NCBI GenBank assembly: GCA_021787665.1
Contig: JAJYLN010000006.1
Coordinates: 7,912 to 71,911 of the forward strand
From: a bacterium
GTDB lineage: Bacteria; JAMCPX01
DNA length: 64,000 nt
Direction: 5' to 3'
In this document: positions 37,198 through 47,101 of the stretch, one piece after another
How positions within the stretch are numbered: the stretch's first letter is position 1
Layout: each line of letters opens with the position of its first letter
The notes under the pieces: model-generated
What the model was told of the DNA's origin: nothing
Databases searched by the model: none
What the model saw: the letters and a program-made list of their open reading frames with translations, nothing else
Translations under genes and position numbers: made by a program

Positions 37198-38649
37198 CTA
37201 CTGCTTCGTCATCCTGAACATCATGTGCATGGGATGGCTCAGGTCCTGGTACACATAGTTGTTCGGTATGGTGTTGTCCGTACACTCTGTCGGGCTACCT
37301 CCGCTTAATGTCCTGTACTGGTCAACGGTACCCGTAAGTGTGTTCGCGTCAAGCTGGGACACCGCAAGCTTCGTCACCTCATTGATGTAGCAGTCATACG
37401 AAGTCTTCGATGCCTGGTCCCACACGGTCTCCAGCCTGTAATCCGTATAAACCTCCGACGCCGCTGTATCGGAAGAATATATGAGCTCTCCGAACATAAG
37501 TCGTGCAGCAGGATTGTGGTTCCCGAAGTCTATGAACGATGTGCTCGTATTGCTATCGTTATTCAGAGGGCCATTCGGTACATTTTGCATACCGGTCATG
37601 TCCCATCTGTAGTTCCTGTCTTCCATGCAATACGATGTTGTGTCCTTGATGTTGACGTTGTAAAAAGCGTCCGCGTAGCACATCTGCTGGCATTGTGGAT
37701 CTGTCCACGGAGACGACATAGTCCCCGGGGGGCCCCAGCCGTTGACGTTTGTTACCTGTCCGCAGGTCGCTGCCGACGATCCGCAGGTACTGAACGTGTT
37801 CAAAGCAAGACTATTGAGCGCGGGCTGCCATACGCTGTCATACGCAAACGTGAACGGCCCATCGGCCCGGTCAAGTATGACCGTCTGCCCTCCGGGCCCC
37901 TGTCCCGTTGTCGAACCCGGTGTGGGGCTTATGCCCTCAACCCTCCCGCATACGGTGTAGTTGGTCTGGGATATCCATACCCCCATGCCGTAGTGTTCTT
38001 TACCGTCGGAGGAAAATATGCCGCTGATCCGGTCGAGGTACAGGGAAGGCGGAATATCCGTCGGACACGAATAGACCGGGTCTCCTACTGGCGATGTACA
38101 GGAAAAGCTCCACGCGCCGGTCGGGTCAAACGGCGTACCCGTGATGTTGTTGCCTGCCACACCGCCCACGCCCGCCACATTCACGACCGCCTCGCCGGTG
38201 CTCGGGTCGACCGTGATTGTCCCGAGGTTGGCATTGCCCGTGAGCATGATGCTGCCGGAGTACGTGCCGGACGTCGTGCCGAGCCCTGCGAAGAGCAGGT
38301 CTGCCACGTGGTTGTCGTTCGAGTCGAGCACAAAGCACCCGAAGGGTGTGTACGACTTTATGCTCAGCGAGAACTTGCCGGAGCTGTCTGCGGTACCTTT
38401 GGCGCCGACAGGCGAGTCCTCGAAGGTGACGCAGTACATCTTGTAGTTTGCAAGGGCCGTGCCTGACAGATTGAGGCTGTTCCCGTAGGATACAACGCTC
38501 ATACCCGACAGTGTGCCCTGCTGCATCAGCCCGGTCAGCGTTACCTGCTGCCCCGGCTGTATGGTCTGCTTCTGGGACGAGCCCGTGCACCCTGCGAGCC
38601 CGATAAGCCCGATTGCCGCTAAAACGATAATGACCTTCTTTGTGTTCAT
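37198..38649 (-). CDS. Orphan Cys-rich lipoprotein
   Basis: Lipobox LAG-C; Thr/Gly/Ser-rich with many Cys; SD AAGGAGG; TTGACA-17-TAGCCT upstream. Confidence 0.8.
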   Translation of the reverse strand: MNTKKVIIVLAAIGLIGLAGCTGSSQKQTIQPGQQVTLTGLMQQGTLSGMSVVSYGNSLNLSGTALANYKMYCVTFEDSPVGAKGTADSSGKFSLSIKSYTPFGCFVLDSNDNHVADLLFAGLGTTSGTYSGSIMLTGNANLGTITVDPSTGEAVVNVAGVGGVAGNNITGTPFDPTGAWSFSCTSPVGDPVYSCPTDIPPSLYLDRISGIFSSDGKEHYGMGVWISQTNYTVCGRVEGISPTPGSTTGQGPGGQTVILDRADGPFTFAYDSVWQPALNSLALNTFSTCGSSAATCGQVTNVNGWGPPGTMSSPWTDPQCQQMCYADAFYNVNIKDTTSYCMEDRNYRWDMTGMQNVPNGPLNNDSNTSTSFIDFGNHNPAARLMFGELIYSSDTAASEVYTDYRLETVWDQASKTSYDCYINEVTKLAVSQLDANTLTGTVDQYRTLSGGSPTECTDNTIPNNYVYQDLSHPMHMMFRMTKQ

Positions 38650-38731
38650 ACGAACCTCCTTGTTTTATAGGAAGGCTAATAGAGAGATCTCAAGATGTCA
38701 ATGACGGAGATCACATACACAGGGGAACGGC

Positions 38732-40078
38732 TCAGACGATCTCGCCGGCGAGGTCCGGGCCGATAGCGTCGGTTATCTTCACTGTTGCGAACCGCCCTTT
38801 CTTCGGGACGGTCCGGTCGTGTAGCAGGACGTACCCGTCGATTTCCGGGGCAAAGAACCATGGCCTCGCAAAGGTGGTCCCGGGGTCAGCCGGGTCCTGG
38901 CCCTCGATCAGCATCTCGTAGGTCTTATCGATGAACCCGTCGGCCATAGCGTGCATGATCCTACCGGCAAGCTCGCTGATCCGGCTGACCCGCTCGGTCA
39001 GGCTGCGCTGCGGTACCTGGTTCCTGAGCCTCGATGCAGGCGCAGGCTCCTCCCGGGAGTAGGGAAATACACCGATACGGTGGAACGGGTACGCGCCAAA
39101 GAAGTCGAGGAGCTCCCCGAAGTTTTCCTCCGTTTCCCCGGGAAAGCCCACGATAACGGTGGTCCTGAGAAACGGGTCCTTTATCCTTTCCCGTATCCTA
39201 TCGATGACGCCCTTGATGTCGGAAGAGGTCGTCGTCCTGTTCATGAGCTTCAGGACATGGTCGGAGATGTGCTGAATCGGCACATCGAAATAGGGGACGA
39301 TTTTCTCGCTGCCGGCGATGAAATCGAGGAGACGGCCCGTGATATGCGACGGATAGAGATAATTCAGCCGTATCCATTTCAGGTCCCGGATCTTTTCGAG
39401 CGCTGACAGGAGCTGGACGATCTCGCTGCCGCCCCGGTCGGTCCCGTAATTCAGGGTGTCCTGCGCGACGATACAGAGCTCCACCGCACCCCGGTCAACG
39501 AGCAGCTTCGCCTCGCTGACGATGTCCCCGGTCCGCCTGCTCTTCAGCCTGCCTTTGATAAACGGTATCACGCAGTATGAGCAATTGTTGCTGCAACCCT
39601 CAGCTATCTTCAGGTAGGCCGAATGGGCGTTTCCGTACCGGTACCTCTCTACCGCCTCCGGGTACGCTACAGGGGACCTTCCAGAAGGAACTGCCGATGT
39701 CCTGGACGCGAGCGGTATGCCGGCGCCGGTCTGCCGGACAAGTTCGGGGATGCCCCCGATACCATCGACGCCGGCGAAAATGTCGACCTCGTCGAGCTGG
39801 CCGGCGAGCCTGTCTCCGAACCGCTGTGACAGACATCCCGCCACCACGATCCTCTTCACCCTGCCCTCCTGCTTCGCCTTTATCGCTTGCATGATCGCAT
39901 CCAGGGACTCGTCGATAGCGTCCTTGATAAAGCCACAGGTGTTTATCACGACAGTATCGCAGCTCATCGTGTCCCACTCGACACGGTACCCTTCCTTCCT
40001 GAACGAGCCTGCGATGAGCTCGCTGTCAACGTCGTTTTTGGGGCAGCCGAGTGGAATTATGGAGACACTCTTCATCAC
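38732..40078 (-). CDS. rimO: Ribosomal protein S12 methylthiotransferase
   Basis: LGCPKNDVDSE, NTCGFI, AEGCSNNCSYC (CxxxCxxC), IVGFPGETE, APEIDG, TRAM domain. Confidence 0.96.
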   Translation of the reverse strand: MMKSVSIIPLGCPKNDVDSELIAGSFRKEGYRVEWDTMSCDTVVINTCGFIKDAIDESLDAIMQAIKAKQEGRVKRIVVAGCLSQRFGDRLAGQLDEVDIFAGVDGIGGIPELVRQTGAGIPLASRTSAVPSGRSPVAYPEAVERYRYGNAHSAYLKIAEGCSNNCSYCVIPFIKGRLKSRRTGDIVSEAKLLVDRGAVELCIVAQDTLNYGTDRGGSEIVQLLSALEKIRDLKWIRLNYLYPSHITGRLLDFIAGSEKIVPYFDVPIQHISDHVLKLMNRTTTSSDIKGVIDRIRERIKDPFLRTTVIVGFPGETEENFGELLDFFGAYPFHRIGVFPYSREEPAPASRLRNQVPQRSLTERVSRISELAGRIMHAMADGFIDKTYEMLIEGQDPADPGTTFARPWFFAPEIDGYVLLHDRTVPKKGRFATVKITDAIGPDLAGEIV

Positions 40079-40746
40079 GGTACCGGGCTGTGGATGACCT
40101 CTGCATCCTTGGGCGGCACGAAGGTAAAGAGGCCGTCCGGCATCGCGGTATTCAGCTTTATGTCGCTGAAATCTATCTCGGTCCGGTTGCCGAGTTTATC
40201 GATCACCACGCTCCTCGTGATCAGAAAGCCCTTCTTATCGACTGCGATCAGTATCTTCGCAGGCGCACCCTCCTCCTGCTTCTTCGGGATGAGCTGCAGA
40301 ATATAGGCGTTTCTCGCGCCCTTGATCGCACTGCCGCTGTCGAATTTCACGTTGAACTCGGCGAGGATCCTGCCCATGCCGGTAAGGAAGGTCTGCATGG
40401 GCTTGTATTTGAAGGATTGGTCGAAGCTGCCGATGATTACCTGTTTGTCGGACGGCATGTAAAACCATATCTTCCTGCCGTTGCTTACGATGAGCTGCTC
40501 CTTGGGCTTCCGGTACTCCCACCGGATCCTGCCGTCCTTCTTCATGTACACCATGCCCTTGTCCTGCTCCGCTATGTCCAGTGCCTTCATCTTCGCCGTC
40601 TGAACGAAGTCGGCCTTCAACGAGGAGGTTCTGTCGTAGAGCGACTGCACCTTCCTTGCCACGTCGTTCGCCCGCATGCCTGCCATTGCCCCCGTGCACA
40701 GCAACAAAACAATGCCCGTTACGGTTAGCGTCCTGATACCCTTCAT
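40075..40746 (-). CDS. lolA: Outer membrane lipoprotein carrier protein
   Basis: ADFVQ, RIRWEYRKP.EQLIVSNG..IWFY; follows ftsK. Confidence 0.9.
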   Translation of the reverse strand: MKGIRTLTVTGIVLLLCTGAMAGMRANDVARKVQSLYDRTSSLKADFVQTAKMKALDIAEQDKGMVYMKKDGRIRWEYRKPKEQLIVSNGRKIWFYMPSDKQVIIGSFDQSFKYKPMQTFLTGMGRILAEFNVKFDSGSAIKGARNAYILQLIPKKQEEGAPAKILIAVDKKGFLITRSVVIDKLGNRTEIDFSDIKLNTAMPDGLFTFVPPKDAEVIHSPVP

Positions 40747-40771
40747 ATATACCTCCTTCGATCGGCTATTT

Positions 40772-42958
40772 TCACTTCGAAACTATGGTGTTCTTGTTTG
40801 CACTGTCCGGCCTCGAGATGATCCCGTCCTTCTCCATCTTCTCGACCATACGCGCGGCCCTGTTATACCCCACCCTAAGCCTCCTCTGGATCAGGGATAT
40901 CGACGCAGAGCCGCTCTCCTTTATTATTTCAAGCGCCTTGCCGTACAGCTCGTCCGCGAGGCCGTCGTCTGCTGCATTGTCCTGCTCCTGCTGCTCCTCT
41001 ATCCGTATCTCGTACGCCGGCTTGCGCGTCTTCTTGAGGTACTCCGTCACACGGACCACCTCCGCGTCCGACACATAGACGCCGTGTACCCGCACGGGCT
41101 GCGAGCCTCCCGGCGGTATGAACAGCATGTCCCCGGCGCCGAGCAATTCCTCCGCGCCGGATTGGTCCAGGATTATCCTCGAGTCCGTCTTCTGGGGCAC
41201 CTTCAGCGCTATCCTCGACGAGAAGTTGGACTTGATCGTCCCGGTGATCACGTCCACGGACGGCCTCTGGGTCGCAAAGATGATGTGTATGCCGGCAGCA
41301 CGCGCCTTCTGGGAGAGCCGGATGATGTATTCCTCGACTTCCTTCGGCGCGGTGAACATAAGGTCGGACAGCTCGTCTATGATAAGCACGATCTTCGGCA
41401 GCTCAATCGCCTCGGCGTCGTCCAGCTTTTGTGACCTTACCATCTGGTTGTACACTGAAATGTTGCGGGCCCCTGCCCTGTTGATAGTGCTGTACCGTCT
41501 GTCCATCTCCTCCGTGACCCACCGGAGAACGGAGGTTGCCTTCTTCGGCTCTGTTATCACCTCGTGCAACAGGTGCGGTATATCATTGTACGGCGAGAAC
41601 TCCAGCATCTTCGGATCCACCAGTATGAACTTCAGTTCGTCCGGGGTTGCCTTGAACAGCAGGCTCATAATGATGGCGTTCATCGTGACACTCTTGCCGG
41701 AGTTCGTGGAGCCGCCTATCAGGAGGTGCGGCATCTTCGCGAGGTCCGCAACCACCGGCTCGCCGGTCGTGTCCACCCCAAGGCAAACCGTGAGCATCGA
41801 GGAGCTCTCGCGGAACCGCTTCGACTGGAAGACCTCCTTGAGGTACACGATCCTCCTCGAGGCGTTCGGCACCTCGATGCCGACGGCCGACTTGTCCACC
41901 ACGTGCGCCTGGATGCGTACGCTGGGGACCTTCATGGCAAGGGCGAGATCGTCCGAGAGGTTCATGATCTGGCTCACCTTGACACCGGGTGCCGGCTCAA
42001 ACTCGTACATCGTGATGACCGGGCCGGGCCGGATATTCGTCACCTTGCCGTTCACATTGAAGTCTGCCAGCTTCTTCTCGAGAGTACGGGCATTGAACTG
42101 GAGCGTCCCGGTATCGTACTCGATGTCTCTTGCCTCGTAGTCATCGAGCAGGGTCAGGGAGGGCTTCTTAAACTCGCCGGGCACAGCCTTGAAAAGCTCC
42201 TCCTGAACCGGCTCCGGCGCCCGGTGCTCTTCCTTGGGAAGGGGCTCCGGTCCTTTCTTCGGCGGCTGGATCACGATGTCGTGCTCCTTGTCCTTGATGC
42301 CGAGCCGCTCCCGGATCCTCCTCTGCTTCTCCCTCCATACCAGAATACCGGTACCCAGCCTCTTTACAGCGCCGGCCACGAACCCCATGCTCAAGGCGAA
42401 CAGGTGCGTGATGGGCCTCCTGATCAGAAGGACGACAGCTATGAGCATGAGTGTTACCGCGACCATGATCGTGCCCGTGTTTCCGATGTAAGGATGCAGC
42501 TTCAGGGTCAGCAAATAGCCGATCACTCCGCCCGGCCCGGGATTACGCAGGCTTGCGGACTGGAACATTGATACCTCCTTGTGAACGGAGACGGGCGTCC
42601 GGCTGACGATCGCTGTGACGGTAAATGAAAGCGATACGATAAGGATCAGCAGCCCGGTAACGTGCGTCCAGCGATGTTCCCATCGGTCCTTCAGGAGCAC
42701 GGCGAAAAAAACCATAATGCCGGCAATGCCAACCAGGTAGCCCGACCACCCGAATATCAGGCGCAGCAGGTCGGACAGGTTTGCGCCGATGCGGCCAGCC
42801 ATGTTGTGGTATACCGACATACCGGTCGCATGGAACATGGTGGGGTCCCGTACGTCGTAGGAGAACAGACTCAGCAGGACGAATATCGAGAAAGCAAGGA
42901 TCAGTAAGGCAACGATGTCCTTCCCTATCCCGTTGCTTTTGCTGTTGGGCGAGGCCAT
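40772..42958 (-). CDS. ftsK: DNA translocase FtsK
   Basis: 4-TM N-terminus, PGPVITMYE, HLLIGGSTNSGKS, VDPKMLE, IIDELSDLM, ARAAGIH, QRPSVDVITG, gamma domain. ATG 42958 overlaps the rpoN stop (TAATG). Confidence 0.96.
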   Translation of the reverse strand: MASPNSKSNGIGKDIVALLILAFSIFVLLSLFSYDVRDPTMFHATGMSVYHNMAGRIGANLSDLLRLIFGWSGYLVGIAGIMVFFAVLLKDRWEHRWTHVTGLLILIVSLSFTVTAIVSRTPVSVHKEVSMFQSASLRNPGPGGVIGYLLTLKLHPYIGNTGTIMVAVTLMLIAVVLLIRRPITHLFALSMGFVAGAVKRLGTGILVWREKQRRIRERLGIKDKEHDIVIQPPKKGPEPLPKEEHRAPEPVQEELFKAVPGEFKKPSLTLLDDYEARDIEYDTGTLQFNARTLEKKLADFNVNGKVTNIRPGPVITMYEFEPAPGVKVSQIMNLSDDLALAMKVPSVRIQAHVVDKSAVGIEVPNASRRIVYLKEVFQSKRFRESSSMLTVCLGVDTTGEPVVADLAKMPHLLIGGSTNSGKSVTMNAIIMSLLFKATPDELKFILVDPKMLEFSPYNDIPHLLHEVITEPKKATSVLRWVTEEMDRRYSTINRAGARNISVYNQMVRSQKLDDAEAIELPKIVLIIDELSDLMFTAPKEVEEYIIRLSQKARAAGIHIIFATQRPSVDVITGTIKSNFSSRIALKVPQKTDSRIILDQSGAEELLGAGDMLFIPPGGSQPVRVHGVYVSDAEVVRVTEYLKKTRKPAYEIRIEEQQEQDNAADDGLADELYGKALEIIKESGSASISLIQRRLRVGYNRAARMVEKMEKDGIISRPDSANKNTIVSK

Positions 42959-44313
42959 TAGGATGCTTTCACCTTGCGGAGGTGAATGGGGGCTATGTTC
43001 ATGATCTCGCGGTATTTCGCCACCGTCCGTCTCGCTATGTTGACGCCGTCCGTCTTCAGTACCCGCACGATGTCCGTGTCCGAAAGAGGTGAACAAGCGT
43101 CCTCCTTCTCGATGAGGTCTTTGATCCTCTGCTTCACGATCTTCGTTGAGAGGAGATCCCCGCTGTCCGTCCTCAGCGAAGGACTGAAGAAGTATTTCAG
43201 CTCATAGATGCCCCACGGGGTCTGGACATACTTGCCGTTCGTCACCCTGCCCACGGTGGTCTCGTGAATACCGATATCGTCGGCAATATCCTTCAGGACC
43301 ATCGGCACGATGTACTGCTCTCCGTACTCGAAGAAGTCCCGCTGCCTGGCCACGATCGCTTCCACCACTTTTCTGATCGTGTTCTTCCTCTGCTCTACGG
43401 CCTTGATGAGCCACTTCGCACCCTGCATCTTCTCCCTGATGAACCTCTTTGCATCGTCGTCGTTGCTGCACTCGGTAAGCAGCTTCCTCGCGTAATAGTC
43501 CGAGGCGGCCAGGCGCGGAATGCCGTCCTCGATCAGGTCAACGATCAGACGATCATCGCGCTTCATCACCATGACGTCCGGAATAATGTAGTCGTCCTCC
43601 ACGGAGCTATAGGTATAGCCGGGCTTGGGGTTCAGATGGGAAATGGTGTTCGCAGCCGTGATCACGAGGTCCACGGTAACGGACAGCGCCCTGGCTATCG
43701 TCGGGTAGTCCTTTCTCTGGAGGTCGGCAAGGTGGTCCGAGATAATGCTGCTTATCACCGGTTCGTCTATCCCAAAATAACGTATCTGGATCAGGAGGCA
43801 TTCCTTCAAGTCCCGTGCGCCCACGCCGGACGGGTCGAATTCCTGGACCTTCTTCAGGACGTTCTCCACGCCGTTCGTATCGGCACCGGTAAACGATGCG
43901 ATGTCTTCCACGGAAGTCGTGAGGTAGCCCTCGTCATTAATGTTGCCGATTATCGCCTCGCCGATCTGGACCTCCAGGTCCGTGTTCGCGGAAAGGCTGA
44001 GCTGCCACAGCAGGTAATCGTGCAGCCCCATGTCCCGGTGCGTCATGTTTTCGATGGGGTCTTCCTCCCTCCTCGACAGAGACCTGTGCTCTCCGCCCGC
44101 CGGTGTGCCGGCGCCCACGGTCACGTTCACGTCTCCCTCTGCCGTCTCATGTTCAGCCTGCTCTTCCTCAAGAAACGGGTTTGCTTCGAGCTCGGTCTTG
44201 AGCTCCTGCTCGAGCTCGAGCCTCGTCAACTGGAGCAGCCGGAGGGCCTGGATCAACTGAGGCGTCAGCTCGAGCTGCTGCCTCAGGCTGACCTCATGCT
44301 TCAGCTCTATCAT
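42958..44313 (-). CDS. rpoN: RNA polymerase sigma-54 factor
   Basis: Q.L..TPQL.QA..LLQL, HETTVGR, RpoN box ARRTVAKYRE. Confidence 0.97.
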   Translation of the reverse strand: MIELKHEVSLRQQLELTPQLIQALRLLQLTRLELEQELKTELEANPFLEEEQAEHETAEGDVNVTVGAGTPAGGEHRSLSRREEDPIENMTHRDMGLHDYLLWQLSLSANTDLEVQIGEAIIGNINDEGYLTTSVEDIASFTGADTNGVENVLKKVQEFDPSGVGARDLKECLLIQIRYFGIDEPVISSIISDHLADLQRKDYPTIARALSVTVDLVITAANTISHLNPKPGYTYSSVEDDYIIPDVMVMKRDDRLIVDLIEDGIPRLAASDYYARKLLTECSNDDDAKRFIREKMQGAKWLIKAVEQRKNTIRKVVEAIVARQRDFFEYGEQYIVPMVLKDIADDIGIHETTVGRVTNGKYVQTPWGIYELKYFFSPSLRTDSGDLLSTKIVKQRIKDLIEKEDACSPLSDTDIVRVLKTDGVNIARRTVAKYREIMNIAPIHLRKVKAS

Positions 44314-45035
44314 AGCTTAAAGTCCTCTCCCAAATAAATACGTCGTGCATTCTCGCTCATCGCTATTTGTTTCGGCTCTCCCTCCTCTATGATCTTGCCG
44401 TTATTTATAATATAGGCTTTATCGCAAACATTCAAGGTTTCCCTGACGTTGTGGTCCGATATGATGATCCCGAGCCCGTTCGCCCGCAGGGATAAAAGAA
44501 TCTCCCTGAGCTCGTTTACCGCTATGGGGTCGATGCCGGCGAAGGGTTCGTCGAGCAGCATGAAAAAGGGGCTTGCGGCAAGCGCCCTCGAGATCTCGAC
44601 CCTCCGCCGCTCTCCCCCTGACAGGGAATAGCCCATGCTCTTCCTCAGGGGCAGTATGTGCATGCTCCTCATGATGTCTTCCGTCTTCTCATGGGCGACA
44701 TCGCTCCCCAAGTTCATCGACTCGAACACCATCTTGATGTTGTCTTCGACCGAAAGCTTCCTGAAGATCGACGGCTCCTGCGGGAGATACGTTATACCCT
44801 TCCTTGCCCTTACGAACATCTGGTCCCCGGTGATGTCTCCGCCGTTCAGTACGATCGTACCCTTATCCGGCCTGTACACGCCGACAATCATGTAGAACGT
44901 CGTCGATTTTCCGGCCCCGTTCGGTCCGAGAAGCCCGATGATCTCGCCGCTCTTCACCGAGAAACTCACATCGGAAACGACCGTCTTCCTGCCAAAAGAT
45001 TTCTTCAGCCCAACCGCTTCAAGCCGGTAATCCAT
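44310..45035 (-). CDS. lptB: LPS export ABC ATPase
   Basis: GPNGAGKST, YLPQEPSIFRKL, LSGGERRRVEI, DEPFAGIDP, DHNVRETL. Confidence 0.97.
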   Translation of the reverse strand: MDYRLEAVGLKKSFGRKTVVSDVSFSVKSGEIIGLLGPNGAGKSTTFYMIVGVYRPDKGTIVLNGGDITGDQMFVRARKGITYLPQEPSIFRKLSVEDNIKMVFESMNLGSDVAHEKTEDIMRSMHILPLRKSMGYSLSGGERRRVEISRALAASPFFMLLDEPFAGIDPIAVNELREILLSLRANGLGIIISDHNVRETLNVCDKAYIINNGKIIEEGEPKQIAMSENARRIYLGEDFKL

Positions 45036-45038
45036 ATG

Positions 45039-45539
45039 TCATTCCTTCCGCCGGGGGGGCTCCGTCGTGCCGGGGGTGTAAAGGGACTTGGCGCCCTCGA
45101 CGAATATCCTGTCGGTCCCGAGATAGAACACTATCTTCGTGCCCTCGATGATGTTCTTTGCCTGCCATATCCGCGGGGATCCCGACAATGTGAGGAGCTT
45201 GCCCACGTTGTCGAAGACCGCCTTGCCGCCCGTTGCGATCATGTCTTTCCGTGTGATCTTGACGTCCCCGGTCGCTACGATCTTCGTTATGTCCTTTTCT
45301 TTCTCGCCATAGTAGGCCGTAAGCCGGTCGCAATACAGCACCACGTTCCCCTGCTTCGCCACAACATCCCCGCTGAAGATGACGATGTGCGACTTGAGGT
45401 TCGCCTCGAGACGGGACGAGGTTATATCGATCGGCTTCAGCCTGGTGCCCGGCTTCTGCACCTCGTGCAGGAGAGTATCAGCAGAGGAGGTACAGACGCT
45501 CGCCATAAAAAGGACTATCAGGAAGACCGTCCGTTTCAT
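45039..45539 (-). CDS. lptA: LPS transport periplasmic protein
   Basis: PIDITS..LE, FSGDVVAKQG..L.CD.L, ATG.V, L.GSP..WQ..N.I.G..I. Confidence 0.9.
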   Translation of the reverse strand: MKRTVFLIVLFMASVCTSSADTLLHEVQKPGTRLKPIDITSSRLEANLKSHIVIFSGDVVAKQGNVVLYCDRLTAYYGEKEKDITKIVATGDVKITRKDMIATGGKAVFDNVGKLLTLSGSPRIWQAKNIIEGTKIVFYLGTDRIFVEGAKSLYTPGTTEPPRRKE

Positions 45540-46168
45540 TTCAGACTCATGTGGTAAATCTTTGCACGGATGTTCCCCTGCATCGTGAGCTTGTCTTCAG
45601 GGAGATCTATCCTTCCCCTATCGGCATAGAGCTGTAGGTCCTTGCCGGTGACGGTCACCGGCGCCCGTGCAATGAGGACCTTGTCAGCGATCAGGTAGTC
45701 CATCAATTCGCACCGGACATCGTAGTCGTTGTTCAGGTCTGCGGCTATGTTGTCCTTCAGGGTTATCAGCTTCTTGCTGTCGTCGTAGAACGCACTGTCT
45801 GACGATGCCGTAAAGGACACTCCTTCCCTGAGTTCTCCGTTCAACCTCGGGTCCACAACGATGCCGGTACGTTGATCATCGTAATATGCTGCGCTGGTCG
45901 CAATGCCGGAATATTCGGTCCTGTTTTTTTGGGTCTCCTGGAATGTGACGCCGTCGAGCCTAATCGCGGGAATGGGAGCGGCTTTCGGGCCGGACACACC
46001 GGGCGCGCCCTTGCCTGCGCTAAACGAAGTACCGACCAGTGCAACCAACAGGACAAGGCACACAACGATCCGCTCGGACACAGCCTGCCAGACTGACGCT
46101 CCGCATATTGAAAACGCATTCTTTCTCAGCGATCCCATAGAGAAACAGTGTATCACAATTCTCCGCAT
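45536..46168 (-). CDS. lptC: LPS export protein LptC-like (start uncertain)
   Basis: TM anchor plus beta-jellyroll-like region; position between kdsC/lpxL and lptA. Confidence 0.7.
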   Translation of the reverse strand: MRRIVIHCFSMGSLRKNAFSICGASVWQAVSERIVVCLVLLVALVGTSFSAGKGAPGVSGPKAAPIPAIRLDGVTFQETQKNRTEYSGIATSAAYYDDQRTGIVVDPRLNGELREGVSFTASSDSAFYDDSKKLITLKDNIAADLNNDYDVRCELMDYLIADKVLIARAPVTVTGKDLQLYADRGRIDLPEDKLTMQGNIRAKIYHMSLK

Positions 46169-46188
46169 TGAACAAAGAAAGTGATGGA

Positions 46189-47100
46189 TCAGCCGTTATG
46201 GACTTCAGGCGGCCTCTTGGCCCACCTTGCGTGCATCCACACCCAGTCAGACGGATGCTGCCGTATGTGCTGCTCGATGCAATACGTCATCGACTGGGTC
46301 AGCGAGACGACGTCGTCCTCGTACGAGGACGTCCGCTCGGGCACGATCGGGCCATACAGCTTTATGACGTGACGGTTGGGGCCGGTCCTCGTGATAAAGC
46401 CGGCCACGACACGGGCACCCGCCTTTAGGGCAAGGTCTGCAGCGCCCCTCGGGGTAAAGGCGTTATCGTCGAAGAACCTGACAAACACGCCCTGGACGTC
46501 CGTATCCTGATCTATCAGCATGCCGAGAATAGCGTTCGATCTGAGCGCCCTGAGTATCTTCTTCCCTGATCCAGGGCTGCCCCTCAGTATCGGACGCACC
46601 CCGTAACTCTCTCGCAGGCCGTTCAGCAGACCGTCCATCCTCGGGTCATACAGTTCCTTTGCGACCACATACGTAAGGTGTCCCTTCCGCGCGAAGTAGA
46701 CCGGCATCAGCTCCCAGTTGCCGATGTGCCCGGTGATCCATACGACGCCCTTTCCTTCCTTCTCTGCAGCTTCGTACACCTCGAGGCCCTCCACCGTAAT
46801 GTAATCATCGATACACCCGGCTATCGTGTCCAGCTTTATGAGCTCCATGACGCTGATACCGAAGCCCTCGAAGCTTAGCTTCAACTGCCGTCGGGCCCAG
46901 GTCAGATCTTTTTCAGGGAATGCCTTCCTTAAATTATTGATGCCTTTCATCCTCTCGCGCGTAAGCACATGATAGGACAGCACGCCGAGCATACCGCCAA
47001 GCCATGTGTCGAAGCCCAGAGGAAGCAGCTTGAAAAGGCCTATGACCGCCCGCGTTCCGTAATAGATCAACGACCTGATGAACCGCTGCTTCAATTGCAT
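46189..47100 (-). CDS. Lipid A late acyltransferase (LpxL/HtrB family)
   Basis: GHIGNWE (HxxxxE), LIDQD, VRFF, HPSDWVWMHARW. Confidence 0.88.
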   Translation of the reverse strand: MQLKQRFIRSLIYYGTRAVIGLFKLLPLGFDTWLGGMLGVLSYHVLTRERMKGINNLRKAFPEKDLTWARRQLKLSFEGFGISVMELIKLDTIAGCIDDYITVEGLEVYEAAEKEGKGVVWITGHIGNWELMPVYFARKGHLTYVVAKELYDPRMDGLLNGLRESYGVRPILRGSPGSGKKILRALRSNAILGMLIDQDTDVQGVFVRFFDDNAFTPRGAADLALKAGARVVAGFITRTGPNRHVIKLYGPIVPERTSSYEDDVVSLTQSMTYCIEQHIRQHPSDWVWMHARWAKRPPEVHNG

Positions 47101-47101
47101 C

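Noticed and set aside
40772-43096. 774-aa FtsK start given by the ORF track
   Set aside because: It would overlap rpoN by about 140 bp; ATG 42958, coupled to the rpoN stop, is more plausible.
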